NCBI GenBank assembly: GCA_050181585.1
Contig: JBFXDA010000003.1
Location: forward strand, 80,607-144,606
From: Reyranellaceae bacterium
GTDB taxonomy: Bacteria > Pseudomonadota > Alphaproteobacteria > Reyranellales > JAQSWP01
Reading direction: 5' to 3'
DNA: 64,000 nucleotides
Shown here: positions 17,470 to 33,181 of the stretch, one piece after another
Numbering within the stretch: the stretch's first letter is position 1
How the letters are laid out: each line of letters starts with the position of its first letter
The notes under the pieces: model-generated
The model's database searches: none
The model's input: only the letters and a program-made list of their open reading frames with translations
Told to the model about the DNA's origin: nothing
Made by a program: the position numbers and the translations under genes

Positions 17470-18840
17470 TTACTCTGCCGCTTCCCGTTGCGGGTTCAGC
17501 CACGCCTCGACGTCGGAGAGCGCCCGGCGCGCCATGGCCTGTTTGCGGTCCTTGCCGCGCGGCGGGCGGCTGCCGTCGGCGGGGGCGGGCAGGTCGGGGA
17601 ACAGGCCGAAATTGACGTTCATCGGCTGGAACGTCGCGGCGTCGGCGTTGGCGGTGATGTGCGCCAACAGCGCGCCCAAGGCGGTGGTGGGCGGCGGCGA
17701 AGCGATGGACGCGCCAAGCCGCTCGGCGGCGGCGAAGCGGCCGGACAGCAGGCCGATGGCCGCACTCTCGACATAGCCTTCCACGCCGGTGACCTGGCCG
17801 GCGAAGCGCAGGCGCGGCATCGCCTTCAGGCGCAGCGATCCGTCGAGCAGGCGCGGCGAATTGAGGAAAGTGTTGCGGTGCAGCCCGCCGAGGCGGGCGA
17901 ACTGCGCGTTCTGCAGGCCGGGGATCAGGCGGAAGACGCGCGTCTGCTCGCCGTGCTTCAGCTTGGTCTGGAAGCCGACCATGTTGTAGAGCGTGCCCAG
18001 CGCATTGTCCTGGCGCAGCTGCATCACCGCATAGGGCCGCCGGCCGGTGCGCGGATCGCGCAAGCCCACCGGCTTCATCGGCCCGTAGCGCAGCGTGTCG
18101 GGTCCGCGCGAGGCCATCACCTCGATCGGCAGGCAGCCCTCGAAATAGGGCGTGTCCTTCTCCCACTCCTTGAACTCGGTCTTCTCGCCTTCGATCACGG
18201 CGCGCAGGAAGGCCTCGTACTGCTCCTTGTCGAACGGACAGTTGACGTAATCGGCGCCGTCGCCGGCCGGGCCGCTCTTGTCGTAGCGCGACTGGAACCA
18301 GGCGATGGAGAAGTCGATCGAGTCCTTGTGCACGATGGGCGCAATGGCGTCGAAGAAGGCCAGGCTGTCCTCGCCGGTCAGGGTGCGGATCGCCTCGGAC
18401 AGGGCGGGCGAGGTCAGCGGGCCGGTGGCGACGATGACGCTGTCCCAGTCGTCGGGCGGCAGGCCAGCGATCTCGCCGCGCGCGATGGTCACGAGCGGGT
18501 CGGCTTCCAGCGCTTCCTGCACGGCGGCGGAGAACTGATGCCGGTCCACCGCCAGCGCACCGCCGGCCGGCACTTTGCTGGCATCGGCGGCGCGCATGAT
18601 CAGGGAGCCGGCGCGGCGCATCTCCTCGTGCAGCAGGCCGACGGCGTTGTTCAGCGCATCGTCGGAGCGGAAGGAGTTGGAGCATACCAGCTCGGCCAGC
18701 CCGTCGGTTTCGTGCGCCTGGGTCGAACGGTGCGGGCGCATCTCGTGCAGCACCACGGGCACGCCGGCGCGCGCCAATTGCCAGCTCGCTTCCGAGCCGG
18801 CCAGGCCGCCGCCGATCACATGCACCGGGGATTCGTTCAC
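17470..18840 (-). CDS. trmFO: methylenetetrahydrofolate--tRNA-(uracil-5-)-methyltransferase TrmFO
   Basis: [18 protein letters not shown]... and [11 protein letters not shown] motifs. GTG start at 18840 (VNESPVHV) with AAGGA upstream. The track ORF start at 18945 adds 35 unlikely residues. Confidence 0.9.
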   Translation of the reverse strand: MNESPVHVIGGGLAGSEASWQLARAGVPVVLHEMRPHRSTQAHETDGLAELVCSNSFRSDDALNNAVGLLHEEMRRAGSLIMRAADASKVPAGGALAVDRHQFSAAVQEALEADPLVTIARGEIAGLPPDDWDSVIVATGPLTSPALSEAIRTLTGEDSLAFFDAIAPIVHKDSIDFSIAWFQSRYDKSGPAGDGADYVNCPFDKEQYEAFLRAVIEGEKTEFKEWEKDTPYFEGCLPIEVMASRGPDTLRYGPMKPVGLRDPRTGRRPYAVMQLRQDNALGTLYNMVGFQTKLKHGEQTRVFRLIPGLQNAQFARLGGLHRNTFLNSPRLLDGSLRLKAMPRLRFAGQVTGVEGYVESAAIGLLSGRFAAAERLGASIASPPPTTALGALLAHITANADAATFQPMNVNFGLFPDLPAPADGSRPPRGKDRKQAMARRALSDVEAWLNPQREAAE

Positions 18841-18913
18841 CGTCCGCCGTCCTTGGTTGGATCGGGGGCAAGAGATAGTCTCTCGGGACCAACGAGGCAA
18901 CAGGGAGGAGACC

Positions 18914-19303
18914 ATGGCCAATATCGTGCGCAACCCCGCATCCATCGCCCCGCCGGCCGGCCGCTACGTGCACGGCATGGAGGTGCCGCCCGAGACGCGG
19001 CTGCTCTACATCTCGGGCCAGGTCGGCATCGACCGCAACCGCAAGCCCGGCGCCACGATCGAGAAGCAGTGCGAGCTGGCGTGGAAGAACCTGGTGGCGA
19101 TCCTGAAGGAGGCGCGCATGGGCGTCGACGACCTGGTGCGCGTCAACGTCTATCTCACCGATCCGCGCTACGTGCCGGCCTATCGCGAGGCGCGCGACAA
19201 GTTCGTCGGCGAGAAAGTGCCGGCCTCGACCTTGCTGATCGTCACGGCGCTGGTCGATCCCGCTCTCCTGGTCGAGATCGAGGCGGTCGCCGCCAGGGCC
19301 TGA
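18914..19303 (+). CDS. RidA/YjgF family reactive-intermediate deaminase
   Basis: 129 aa. GGGAGGAG RBS. ...LLYISGQVG...VRVNVYLTD...LVEIEAVAA pattern of the RidA family. Confidence 0.85.
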   Translation: MANIVRNPASIAPPAGRYVHGMEVPPETRLLYISGQVGIDRNRKPGATIEKQCELAWKNLVAILKEARMGVDDLVRVNVYLTDPRYVPAYREARDKFVGEKVPASTLLIVTALVDPALLVEIEAVAARA

Positions 19304-19326
19304 CGCCGCCGGAACCGGACAAGGAA

Positions 19327-19354
19327 ACGGCCGTCCCGAGGGACGGCCGTTTTT
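19327..19354 (+). terminator. rho-independent terminator after ridA (possibly bidirectional)
   Basis: acggccgtccc/gggacggccgt stem followed by TTTTT. On the minus strand the same hairpin follows the stop of the 19370..19666 gene but has only a weak T tract. Confidence 0.7.
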
Positions 19355-19369
19355 CAGAAGGCGACCCGC

Positions 19370-19666
<297 letters not shown>

Positions 19667-19792
19667 GGTGAACCCCCGTTTCGCTAGGAAACGGGATGAT
19701 TTTGCGCTCAGGCCGCAAAAAGCTCAAAACAAATAATTCAAAAGATTAGGTATATCTGGAAAAGAAACGCACATCGTATAGGGGTATTCTGC

Positions 19793-21148
19793 TTAAGGCT
19801 TAGGCGAGCTGCGCGGGAAACGGCTTTGCCAGGCGAACCAGAAGGAAACCTGGCCGGGCAGGCGCTCCAATCTATCCCCAGCCGGTCCGACCAAGGTGTC
19901 CTCGGTCAGCGTCCAGGGCCGGCCATCGGCGGCGAGCAGTTCCCGCGGATGGGCGCCGGGCTTGAACTCCTGCCCGTCGCGACGATAGGCGCGCACCGTG
20001 TCCGACGCCTGGTCGCCGACCAGCACCACCGGCGCGTCGCCGATGCGGTCGTTGATCACCCTGCCGCCGGCGAAGTCGCCCAGCGGCCACGACTTGGCCG
20101 CGCCGTCCAGCCGCAGGCCGAAGACGCGGTCCTTGGGCTGGTGCGTCCAGTCCGCCATGACGGCGGGGAACATCATCGCCGGGTTCGACAGGTAGTCGGC
20201 ATAGGGCTGGCCGTTCAGATAGTCGCGCTGGTGGCCGGTCTGCAGCGACAGGACTTTCGTGTCGGGATGGGCGGCGCGCCAGTCGGCCCAGCGCGCCATG
20301 ACGGCGGGCCGCATCTTCAGTTGCAGGCCCGAGCCGGCCAGGTCGCCGACCACCGGCTGGCCGGTGAGCTGGCTCCACAGCGATTCGCTCTGGTGGTCGT
20401 ACATCAGCTTGTTGGAGCGGTAGATCAGACCCGAAGTGTCGAAATCGAAGGGCAGCACGCGGCCTGCCGGCAGGCGTTCCCAGACGATCGCCGAGTAGCA
20501 CAGCGCGCAGAAGCTGACGGTGACCGGAACCTTGCCGACCGTGTCGTTGACCATCTCGTGCCAGTCGAGGATGCGGCGCGGATAGGCGCGCGCGTCGCCG
20601 TCGATGACCAAGCCGATCACCATGTCGTCGTCGCTCAGCCAGGCGGCGTCGGCGGCGCTGGTGGTGTCGGGCTCGTCCAGCGCCGGAGTGGCGCCGAATT
20701 TCAACCCGCCCCAGGCGATCTCCTCCAGGCGGATATCGCTCTTCACGCCGGGATGGACGAAGCGCAGGAACTCGAGGTCGATCTGGCCCAGGAAGCGCGA
20801 CTTCACCGCGTCGTAGCCGGCGAAGGGCCTGATCTCGGGATGCGCTTCCTGCCACAGCATCCATTCGAACCATTCCGCCTTGATGTCGGCGCCGGTGATC
20901 TGGCGCAGGATCTCGCCGATGCGCTCGGCGTTCTCCGGCACCAGCGGCATGAACTCGATCAAGGGAGCGGCGATGTCGGGCGTGCCGCGGGCGGCCAGTT
21001 TCTCGATGGCGTCGGCGCGGGCCTGCACGTTCATGGTGAACATGGAAGTGGCCGTGTCGAGCAGCGCCTGGTCGGGTTGCGGTTGGGCCGTTGCGGGGAG
21101 GGCGAAGAACAGGGCGGCGGCGAGGAGAAGGCGAGCGAACATGGCCAT
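19793..21148 (-). CDS. exported DUF3179-domain protein
   Basis: Start at MAMFARLLLAAALFFALPATAQP (signal peptide). Core VSFCALCYSAIVWER...FDTSGLIYRSNKLMYDHQSESLWSQLTGQPVVG fits the DUF3179 signature. Confidence 0.75.
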   Translation of the reverse strand: MAMFARLLLAAALFFALPATAQPQPDQALLDTATSMFTMNVQARADAIEKLAARGTPDIAAPLIEFMPLVPENAERIGEILRQITGADIKAEWFEWMLWQEAHPEIRPFAGYDAVKSRFLGQIDLEFLRFVHPGVKSDIRLEEIAWGGLKFGATPALDEPDTTSAADAAWLSDDDMVIGLVIDGDARAYPRRILDWHEMVNDTVGKVPVTVSFCALCYSAIVWERLPAGRVLPFDFDTSGLIYRSNKLMYDHQSESLWSQLTGQPVVGDLAGSGLQLKMRPAVMARWADWRAAHPDTKVLSLQTGHQRDYLNGQPYADYLSNPAMMFPAVMADWTHQPKDRVFGLRLDGAAKSWPLGDFAGGRVINDRIGDAPVVLVGDQASDTVRAYRRDGQEFKPGAHPRELLAADGRPWTLTEDTLVGPAGDRLERLPGQVSFWFAWQSRFPRSSPKP

Positions 21149-21185
21149 GAGGTGTCTGACGTTACGCGGGCGCTTTCCCACTATG

Positions 21186-21211
21186 CCCTTCTCCCGCAAG
21201 CGGAAGAAGGG
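21186..21211. repeat. solo hairpin module of the repeat family (cccttctcccgcaagcggaagaaggg)
   Basis: Same CCCTTCTCCCGC-loop-GCGGGAGAAGGG hairpin as the other copies, with one mismatch. Lies between the uvrA stop and the DUF3179 start. Confidence 0.65.
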
Positions 21212-21238
21212 CGTTGTCTGGATGGTACTGTGCCGTAG

Positions 21239-24109
<2,871 letters not shown>

Positions 24110-24420
24110 GCGTCGTATTTTACCGTAGCGGGAAGGCGGCCGATCGCTGGCCGTCGCAAAATTCCGGCCGGTCCTGCGACCGGCCGGCGCCAGCGATATT
24201 ATGGGGTGCGCGGCGCGGTTTGCCATCGTCGGCGGCGCAATTCTGCCCGGCTTCCTGTGAGCAACTGGGGCCGGAAAACCCCGCAAAACTGCAGTCATTT
24301 TGCCGGCGGGCAAGCCGGCACCCGGTTGTCCCCAGAATGCGATCTCTGATCTGTTGGCGAATCGCCGTTCGGCCGCTAGGTTGCGGCAACAAGTGCGGAT
24401 TCTTTCAGCAGGGGAATGTC

Positions 24421-24903
24421 ATGGCGGGCAGCGTCAACAAGGTCATTCTGGTCGGCAATCTGGGCCGCGATCCGGAAGTGCGCCATACCCAGGCGGGCGG
24501 GCTGATCGTACAACTGTCGCTGGCGACGTCGGAGAACTGGCGCGACAAGGCCTCGGGCGAGCGCAAGGAGCGCACCGAATGGCACCGCGTGGTGATTTTC
24601 AACGAGAAGCTGGCCGAAGTGGCCCAGAAATACCTGCGCAAGGGCGCGAAGGTCTATCTCGAGGGCCAGTTGCAGACGCGCAAATGGACCGACCAGAGCG
24701 GCGTGGAGAAATACACCACCGAAGTCGTGCTGCCCCGCTTCGGCGGCACCATGACCATGCTCGACGGCCGCGGCGGCGGTAGCGATGCCGGCGGCGACGA
24801 TTTCGGCGGCGACTCCGGCGGCAGCGGCGGGGGCGGCGCCGGCCGCGGCGGCGGGCAGCCGCCGATGCGCGGCGGCGACATGGACGACGACATCCCGTTC
24901 TGA
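24421..24903 (+). CDS. ssb: single-stranded DNA-binding protein
   Basis: [21 protein letters not shown]...[11 protein letters not shown] fold, a Gly-rich linker and the C-terminal DDDIPF tip. Divergent from uvrA. Confidence 0.95.
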   Translation: MAGSVNKVILVGNLGRDPEVRHTQAGGLIVQLSLATSENWRDKASGERKERTEWHRVVIFNEKLAEVAQKYLRKGAKVYLEGQLQTRKWTDQSGVEKYTTEVVLPRFGGTMTMLDGRGGGSDAGGDDFGGDSGGSGGGGAGRGGGQPPMRGGDMDDDIPF

Positions 24904-24932
24904 GCCGGCCCCTGTCCGGCGTTCCAGGCGAT

Positions 24933-24960
24933 GGGCGCTGCTTCGAGGCGGCGCCCGTTT
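24933..24960 (+). terminator. weak candidate terminator after ssb
   Basis: gggcgc/gcgccc stem with a 12-nt loop followed by GTTTCCGTT. Short stem and a poor T tract. Confidence 0.3.
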
Positions 24961-25080
24961 CCGTTGCGGCGTCCGCCGGCCGTCGCATGCCTGGGCGATT
25001 TACCTGATCGGGCTTCGCAACTATCCTGCAAGAGGGGTTTTGGCCGGCGGTCCGGTCGCCCGAACGGGTATGCCGACACC

Positions 25081-27693
25081 ATGCGTTTCATCGGGCGATT
25101 GCTGCTGCTTGTGCTGGCGCCGGTCCTCGGGCTGGTGGCGCTGGCGACCTATCTCACCGTCTATTTCAGCGATGCCTCCGATCGCGCCTATGCCCAGGTG
25201 GTGCATACCTACGAGGTGATCGACACCGCCCAGGGGCTGCTGTCGGACCTGCAGGACGCGGAAACCGGCTTCCGCGGCTACGTCATCACGCTCAACCCCA
25301 CCTATCTCGATCCCTACAACCAGGCGACGACCCGGATTCCGCAGCGCCTGAACCGGCTGTCGCAGCTCACCGCCGACGCGCCGGACCAGGCCGAGCGCAT
25401 CGCCCGGCTGCGGCCGGTGGTCGAGGAGCGCATGGCGGTGATCGGCCAGGCGCTGGAGGCGATCGGGCGCGGCGAGCGCGAGCGCATCATCCAGGGCGTC
25501 GGCGTCGGCCGCGGCAAGCAGCTCATGGACGAGGCGCGCCAGCAGATCGCCGATTTCGTCGCCGGGCAGCGCCGTCTGCTGGACGACCGCCAGGCCGAGA
25601 ACCGCGCCAACGACCGGCGCACGCTCTACACCGCCATCGGCGGGTCGGTGATCGCGCTGCTGGCGCTGCTGATCGGCACGCTGTTGCTGATCGCCAGCAA
25701 TTGGCGCCTGCAGCGCGCCGAGGCGCAGCTCTCGCGCCAGAGTCAGATCCTGCAGAACACGCTGGACAACATCCGCCACGGCATCGCCCATTTCGACCCC
25801 AAGGGCAGGCTGGTCGCCTTCAACCGCAGCTTCTTCACCAAGCTGGGCTTCCCCTCCGAGATGGCGCGGGCGGGCGCGTCGGTCGAGGAGTTCCGCAAGG
25901 TCGAGCAGCGGCGCGGCAGCGCGGTGCTGACCCTGCCGGAGAACGCCACGCCGTCGGCGCCGCCGCTGTCCTTCCGCCTCGACGGGCACGACTACGAGAT
26001 CTATCGCGTCGCCACGCCCGACGGCGGCTTCGTCGTGTCCTGCATCGACATCACCCAGCGGGTGCAGGCCGAGACCATGTTCCGCCAGACGCAGAAGATG
26101 GAGGCGATCGGCCAGCTCACCGGCGGGGTGGCGCACGACTTCAACAACCTGTTGCAGATCGTGGCTTCCAACATCGACCTGGTGCGCGCCGCCCCCGACG
26201 ATGCGCGCAACCCGCAGCGGCTCGACCTGGCCATGGCCGGCACCGAGCGCGGCGCGCGGCTGACGCGCCAGCTCCTGGCCTTCGCCCGCCGCCAGCCGCT
26301 GGAGCCCCGGCCGACCAATCTGGGCCGGCTGGTGTCGGACATGACCGAGCTGGTGCGCCGCTCGCTGGGCGAGGCGATCCAGGTCGAGACCATCATCGCC
26401 GGCGGGCTGTGGAACGCGGTGGCCGATCCGGGCCAGATGGAGAACGCCGTCCTCAACTTGGCGATCAACGCCCGCGACGCCATGCCGGAGGGCGGCAAGC
26501 TGACCATCGAGGTCGCCAACGCCTTCCTCGACGAGGCCTATGCCGCCCAGCACGCCGAGGTCAGCGCCGGCCAGTACGTGATGCTGGCGGTGTCCGACAC
26601 CGGTGCGGGCATGTCGGCGGAGGTGGCGGCGCGCGCCTTCGAGCCGTTCTTCTCGACCAAGCCGGAAGGCCAGGGCACCGGGCTGGGCTTGAGCCAGGTC
26701 TATGGCTACGCCAAGCAACTCGGCGGCCACGTGAAGATCTATTCCGAATCCAACCACGGCACGACGGTGAAGATCTACCTGCCGCGCACCCGCCAGCCGG
26801 AGGAGACGCTGGAAACGCCCGCACTGGCGCCGATCGAGTTCGGCCACGAGACGGTGCTGGTGGTGGAGGACGACGAGGCGGTGCGCGCCGGCGCCATCGA
26901 CGTGCTGACCGATCTGGGCTATCGCGTGCTGCAGGCGGCCAGCGCCGAGGCGGCGCTGGCCATCGTCGCCAGCGGCGCGGCGATCGACGTGCTGTTCACC
27001 GACGTGGTGATGCCCGGCTCGGTCAAGACGCGCGACCTGGTGCGCCAGGCGCAGACGCGGCTGCCGCGCATGGCGGTGCTCTATACCTCCGGCTACACCG
27101 AGAACGCCATCATCCATGACGGGCGGCTGGACGAGGACGTGCTGCTGATCTCCAAGCCCTACCGGCGCGAGGAGCTGGCGCGCAAGCTGCGCACCGCGCT
27201 CGACCATGCCCGCCGCAGCGCGGCGGCGGAAGGAATGCAGACGCCTGCCGTCGCCGCTGCGCCGCTGGCGATGGCGGCCGCCGAGATCGCGCAGCCCCAG
27301 CAGCAGGCCCAGGCGGCCTTGCGCGGCGCTCCGGTCGTGCTGCTGGTCGAGGACGATGCGCTGGTGCGCATGACGGCCGTGGACCATCTCGAGCACGAGG
27401 GCATGCGCGTGATCGAGGCGGGCAATGGCGCCGCCGCGCTGCAGGCGCTGAAGGAGCATCCCGGGATCGACGTGATGCTGACCGATCTGGGCCTGCCGGG
27501 CATGGACGGCGCCGAGCTGATCCGCGAAGCGCGCAAGCTGCGGCCCGACCTGCCGCTGGCGGTTCTGACCGGCCGCGAGCGCCAGGTCCTGGTGCAGGAC
27601 GGCGTGATCGGCCCCGACGTGATGTGCCTGGAGAAGCCCTACGAGCTCGAGAACCTGAGCCGGGCGATCCACCGCCTGCGCGGCACGTCCTGA
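25081..27693 (+). CDS. hybrid sensor histidine kinase: CHASE3 - TM - PAS-like - HisKA/HATPase - two receiver domains
   Basis: Start at MRFIGRLLLLVLAPVLGLV. CHASE3-like YAQVVHTYEVIDTAQGLLSDLQDAETGFRGYVIT. H-box GGVAHDFNNLLQ. G-boxes DTGAGM and GTGLGLS. Two REC domains (VLVVEDDEAV...FTDVVMPG and VLLVEDDALV...LTDLGLPGMDG). Confidence 0.85.
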   Translation: MRFIGRLLLLVLAPVLGLVALATYLTVYFSDASDRAYAQVVHTYEVIDTAQGLLSDLQDAETGFRGYVITLNPTYLDPYNQATTRIPQRLNRLSQLTADAPDQAERIARLRPVVEERMAVIGQALEAIGRGERERIIQGVGVGRGKQLMDEARQQIADFVAGQRRLLDDRQAENRANDRRTLYTAIGGSVIALLALLIGTLLLIASNWRLQRAEAQLSRQSQILQNTLDNIRHGIAHFDPKGRLVAFNRSFFTKLGFPSEMARAGASVEEFRKVEQRRGSAVLTLPENATPSAPPLSFRLDGHDYEIYRVATPDGGFVVSCIDITQRVQAETMFRQTQKMEAIGQLTGGVAHDFNNLLQIVASNIDLVRAAPDDARNPQRLDLAMAGTERGARLTRQLLAFARRQPLEPRPTNLGRLVSDMTELVRRSLGEAIQVETIIAGGLWNAVADPGQMENAVLNLAINARDAMPEGGKLTIEVANAFLDEAYAAQHAEVSAGQYVMLAVSDTGAGMSAEVAARAFEPFFSTKPEGQGTGLGLSQVYGYAKQLGGHVKIYSESNHGTTVKIYLPRTRQPEETLETPALAPIEFGHETVLVVEDDEAVRAGAIDVLTDLGYRVLQAASAEAALAIVASGAAIDVLFTDVVMPGSVKTRDLVRQAQTRLPRMAVLYTSGYTENAIIHDGRLDEDVLLISKPYRREELARKLRTALDHARRSAAAEGMQTPAVAAAPLAMAAAEIAQPQQQAQAALRGAPVVLLVEDDALVRMTAVDHLEHEGMRVIEAGNGAAALQALKEHPGIDVMLTDLGLPGMDGAELIREARKLRPDLPLAVLTGRERQVLVQDGVIGPDVMCLEKPYELENLSRAIHRLRGTS

Positions 27694-27831
27694 AACGGGA
27701 AAATATACTTTTTGAATTCTATTGAGAGTTGCGGGTGGTGGGACGCCTCGCGACGCGAATTTGCGTCCGCGCGCGACTGCCGCGCCAAGGGCTGTGCACA
27801 GGCCATTTCCGGCGGCAGAAAGATCAATAGA

Positions 27832-27845
27832 ATCAATCGATTGAT
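27832..27845. promoter_or_regulatory. perfect 14-bp palindrome ATCAATCGATTGAT upstream of gyrA (IHF-consensus-like on both strands)
   Basis: Read directly. The extended aatcaatcgattg fits WATCAANNNNTTR. Related half-sites occur at 27822-27830 and, inverted, at 27726-27733. Confidence 0.35.
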
Positions 27846-27961
27846 CGGAGGGTAAGGCCGCCAAAATCAGTGGTGGCGGCGGCGCTGTTTTGGTACTCTG
27901 CCGGCGTTGAATCTCCAGACCGCCGAAGCCCTTGGCGGCGGCTTTTTGCAAAGCAGAAATC

Positions 27962-30730
<2,769 letters not shown>

Positions 30731-30795
30731 CCCCCGCCGCCGCTAATGTTGCGCCGCAGTAAATAGCCGTTCAGGCGTCCAGTCGGGGGGAAGCA

Positions 30796-31320
30796 ATGGC
30801 GCAGCATCGTATCGGTGTCTATCCGGGCACGTTCGATCCGATCACCAATGGGCATTCGGAGATCATCCGCCGCGCCGCGCGCCTGGTCGATCACCTGGTG
30901 GTGGGGCCGGCCATCAATATCGGCAAGGGCCCGCTGTTCACCATCGAGGAGCGCGTCGAGATAGTGCGCGAGGACATCGCCGCCATGCCCGACGATCTGG
31001 GCAGCCGCGTCTCGGTCGAACCGTTCCAGGGCTTGCTGGTCGATTTCGCCAAGGCGATGAACGGCAACGTCATCTTCCGCGGCCTGCGCGCGGTGTCGGA
31101 CTTCGAGTACGAGATCCAGATGGCCAGCATGAACGCCAAGCTGGCGCCGCAGATCGAGACGGTGTTCCTGATGGCCTCCGAGCGTCACCAGTTCATCGCC
31201 TCCAGCCTGGTCAAGGATATCGGCCGGCTGGGCGGCGACGTCTCGCATTTCGTCTCCCCGCGCGTGCACAAGCGGTTGAACGCCAAATTCGCCGGGCTGG
31301 GCGGCGCGCGCACCAACTGA
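30796..31320 (+). CDS. coaD: pantetheine-phosphate adenylyltransferase
   Basis: IGVYPGTFDPITNGHSEIIRRA... canonical CoaD N-terminus. 174 aa. Confidence 0.92.
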   Translation: MAQHRIGVYPGTFDPITNGHSEIIRRAARLVDHLVVGPAINIGKGPLFTIEERVEIVREDIAAMPDDLGSRVSVEPFQGLLVDFAKAMNGNVIFRGLRAVSDFEYEIQMASMNAKLAPQIETVFLMASERHQFIASSLVKDIGRLGGDVSHFVSPRVHKRLNAKFAGLGGARTN

Positions 31321-31387
31321 AAAATCGGCGGGGCAGCGCGGGAGTTCTACGGCCCCGGCGCCGTTTTCCTTGACCGGATTCGGACGG

Positions 31388-31416
31388 TTGACCACCGCGC
31401 CGCAGCATCCTATAGG
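31388..31416 (+). promoter_or_regulatory. candidate promoter for tRNA-Lys (TTGACC-N17-TATAGG)
   Basis: -35 at 31388-31393 and -10 at 31411-31416, about 45 nt upstream of the tRNA 5' end. Confidence 0.4.
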
Positions 31417-31461
31417 GAGGCTCCAAAAGCGCCCCGGGCCTCTTCGTCCGACGCTCCCTGG

Positions 31462-31536
31462 GGGCCCGTAGCTCAGCGGTAGAGCATTTGACTTTTAATC
31501 AAGTGGTCGCAGGTTCGATCCCTGCCGGGCTCACCA
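31462..31536 (+). tRNA. tRNA-Lys (anticodon UUU), CCA encoded
   Basis: Hand-folded cloverleaf: acceptor GGGCCCG/CGGGCTC, D arm GCTC-AGCGGTA-GAGC, anticodon arm TTTGA-CTTTTAA-TCAAG, T arm GCAGG-TTCGATC-CCTGC, then A-CCA. Confidence 0.9.
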
Positions 31537-31667
31537 TTTCCTTTTCTTTCGCCGGATGCCGCTGCGGCAGTCGAGCGGCCGCCAACGGCGCCGGCATGCT
31601 CGTTTGACTCGCCTTCGGCTTCTGTCAAGGTACTGCCATCCGGATCGACCGAGCGAAAGAGCAATCG

Positions 31668-32933
31668 ATGCCTTCCAGTCCGGAAGACATGTCCAGGCGG
31701 CCGCAACTTTCGCCGCCGTCTTCGCGCAAGGCGTCGGCGCCTCTCGCCCTGGAAGGCGTTCGCGTCGTCGACTTCACGCGCCAGATGGCCGGGCCCTACG
31801 CGACTTTGCTGCTCGCCGATCTCGGCGCCGACGTGATCAAGATCGAGAGACCGGGCACCGGCGACGACAGCCGGGGGATGCAGCCGCCGGCCCTGGGCGG
31901 GGAAAGCTCCACCTATCTGTGGGCCAACCGCAACAAGCGCAGCATTGCCCTGGACCTGCAGAACCGGGAAGGCTGCGAAATCGCCCGCGAGCTTGCCGCC
32001 GCCGCCGACGTCGTGGTCGAAAACTTCTCGACCGGCGTCATGGACCGGCTCGGTCTCTCTTACGAAGCCCTTTCCAAGCGCAATCCCCGGCTGGTCTATT
32101 GCGCCATATCGGCCTTCGGGCGCCGCGGCGAACTGGCGTCGCGACCGGGCTACGATCCCGTGATCCAGGCCGAAAGCGGGCTCATGGCGCTGAACGGGTT
32201 TCCCGAGCAGGAGCCGATGCGGATCGGGCCGGCCGTCGTCGACATTTCGACCGGCATGATGGCGAGCAACGCCATTCTGGCGGCACTTGTCGCCCGGGAC
32301 CGGCATGGCGTCGGCCAGTACGTCGAAACCTCGCTGTTCGACACCGCGATCGTTCTCACCGGCCAGTACGGCATGAACTTTCTCATGACCGGCGACGATC
32401 AGATCCGGTTCGGCAGCGGATCGCGAACGGCCGCGCCGGTCGGCGTCTTCGACTGCAAGGACGGCCCGGTCTTTCTCGCCTGCGCCAACGACCGCAACTT
32501 CCAGCGACTGGCGCTGGAGGTTCTCGGCGATGCCGAACTGGCCGCCGATCCGACATTCGCGACCAACGAGCTGCGCCTGGCGAACATTGAGCGGCTGAAA
32601 GCCCGGCTGCAGGCGTCTTTCCGCAGCGTCACGCGCGAGGCCACGCTGGAACGGGCGCTGAAATGGGGCGTACCCCTTGGTCTGGTGCGTTCGGTCAAGG
32701 AGGCATTCACCCGCCGCAACGCCGTCGGGCACATGCTGTCGGGCATTTCCCACCCGGTCGCGGGCATGGTTCCCAACATAGCCGCCGCTTTCGCGCTCGA
32801 CGGCACGCCCCTTGCCGATCCCCTGGCGGCTCCATTGCTGGGGCAGCATACGGACGCCGTGCTGCGGGAGGTTCTTGGCTACGATCAGTCCCGCATCCGG
32901 ACGCTTCGTTCGCAGGGCGTGCTCGGACCATGA
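31668..32933 (+). CDS. family III CoA-transferase (CaiB/BaiF-like)
   Basis: LEGVRVVDFTRQMAGPYATLLLADLGADVIKIERPGTGDDSRG is the family III N-terminal signature. The start could also be ATG 31689. Confidence 0.8.
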   Translation: MPSSPEDMSRRPQLSPPSSRKASAPLALEGVRVVDFTRQMAGPYATLLLADLGADVIKIERPGTGDDSRGMQPPALGGESSTYLWANRNKRSIALDLQNREGCEIARELAAAADVVVENFSTGVMDRLGLSYEALSKRNPRLVYCAISAFGRRGELASRPGYDPVIQAESGLMALNGFPEQEPMRIGPAVVDISTGMMASNAILAALVARDRHGVGQYVETSLFDTAIVLTGQYGMNFLMTGDDQIRFGSGSRTAAPVGVFDCKDGPVFLACANDRNFQRLALEVLGDAELAADPTFATNELRLANIERLKARLQASFRSVTREATLERALKWGVPLGLVRSVKEAFTRRNAVGHMLSGISHPVAGMVPNIAAAFALDGTPLADPLAAPLLGQHTDAVLREVLGYDQSRIRTLRSQGVLGP

Positions 32934-33181
32934 TGGCGGTCAAGGATGCAAAAAGACGGGCAATCGATCGCGGTTTTGCCCTTCAGCGGAAAATAGTTCT
33001 AAAGTGGAATCCTCGAGGGGGATCGAATTGCGATTGCCGGCAAAAACCGATAGGCGTCCCAGAGCCGAAGCGTGGCGGCGATTGACCCAGATCATAATTC
33101 CGCTGAAGCCTTGTGGCGTTCTGCGCGCCGCGTGCCGAGGCAATCAACTTGAGCCAAAGACTTGCACGAGGAAGGTGGATC

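Noticed and set aside
24110-24420. LexA/SOS box between uvrA and ssb.
   Set aside because: No GTTC-N7-GTTC or GAAC-N7-GAAC match found by eye. The nearest is gttcggccgctaggttg, which fails the second half-site.
27932-27961. TTG at 27932 (track start) as the gyrA initiation codon.
   Set aside because: It lies inside a hairpin plus T-run structure and adds 10 residues ([10 protein letters not shown]) not expected in GyrA N-termini. TTG 27962 is preferred, but neither has a clear RBS, so this remains uncertain.
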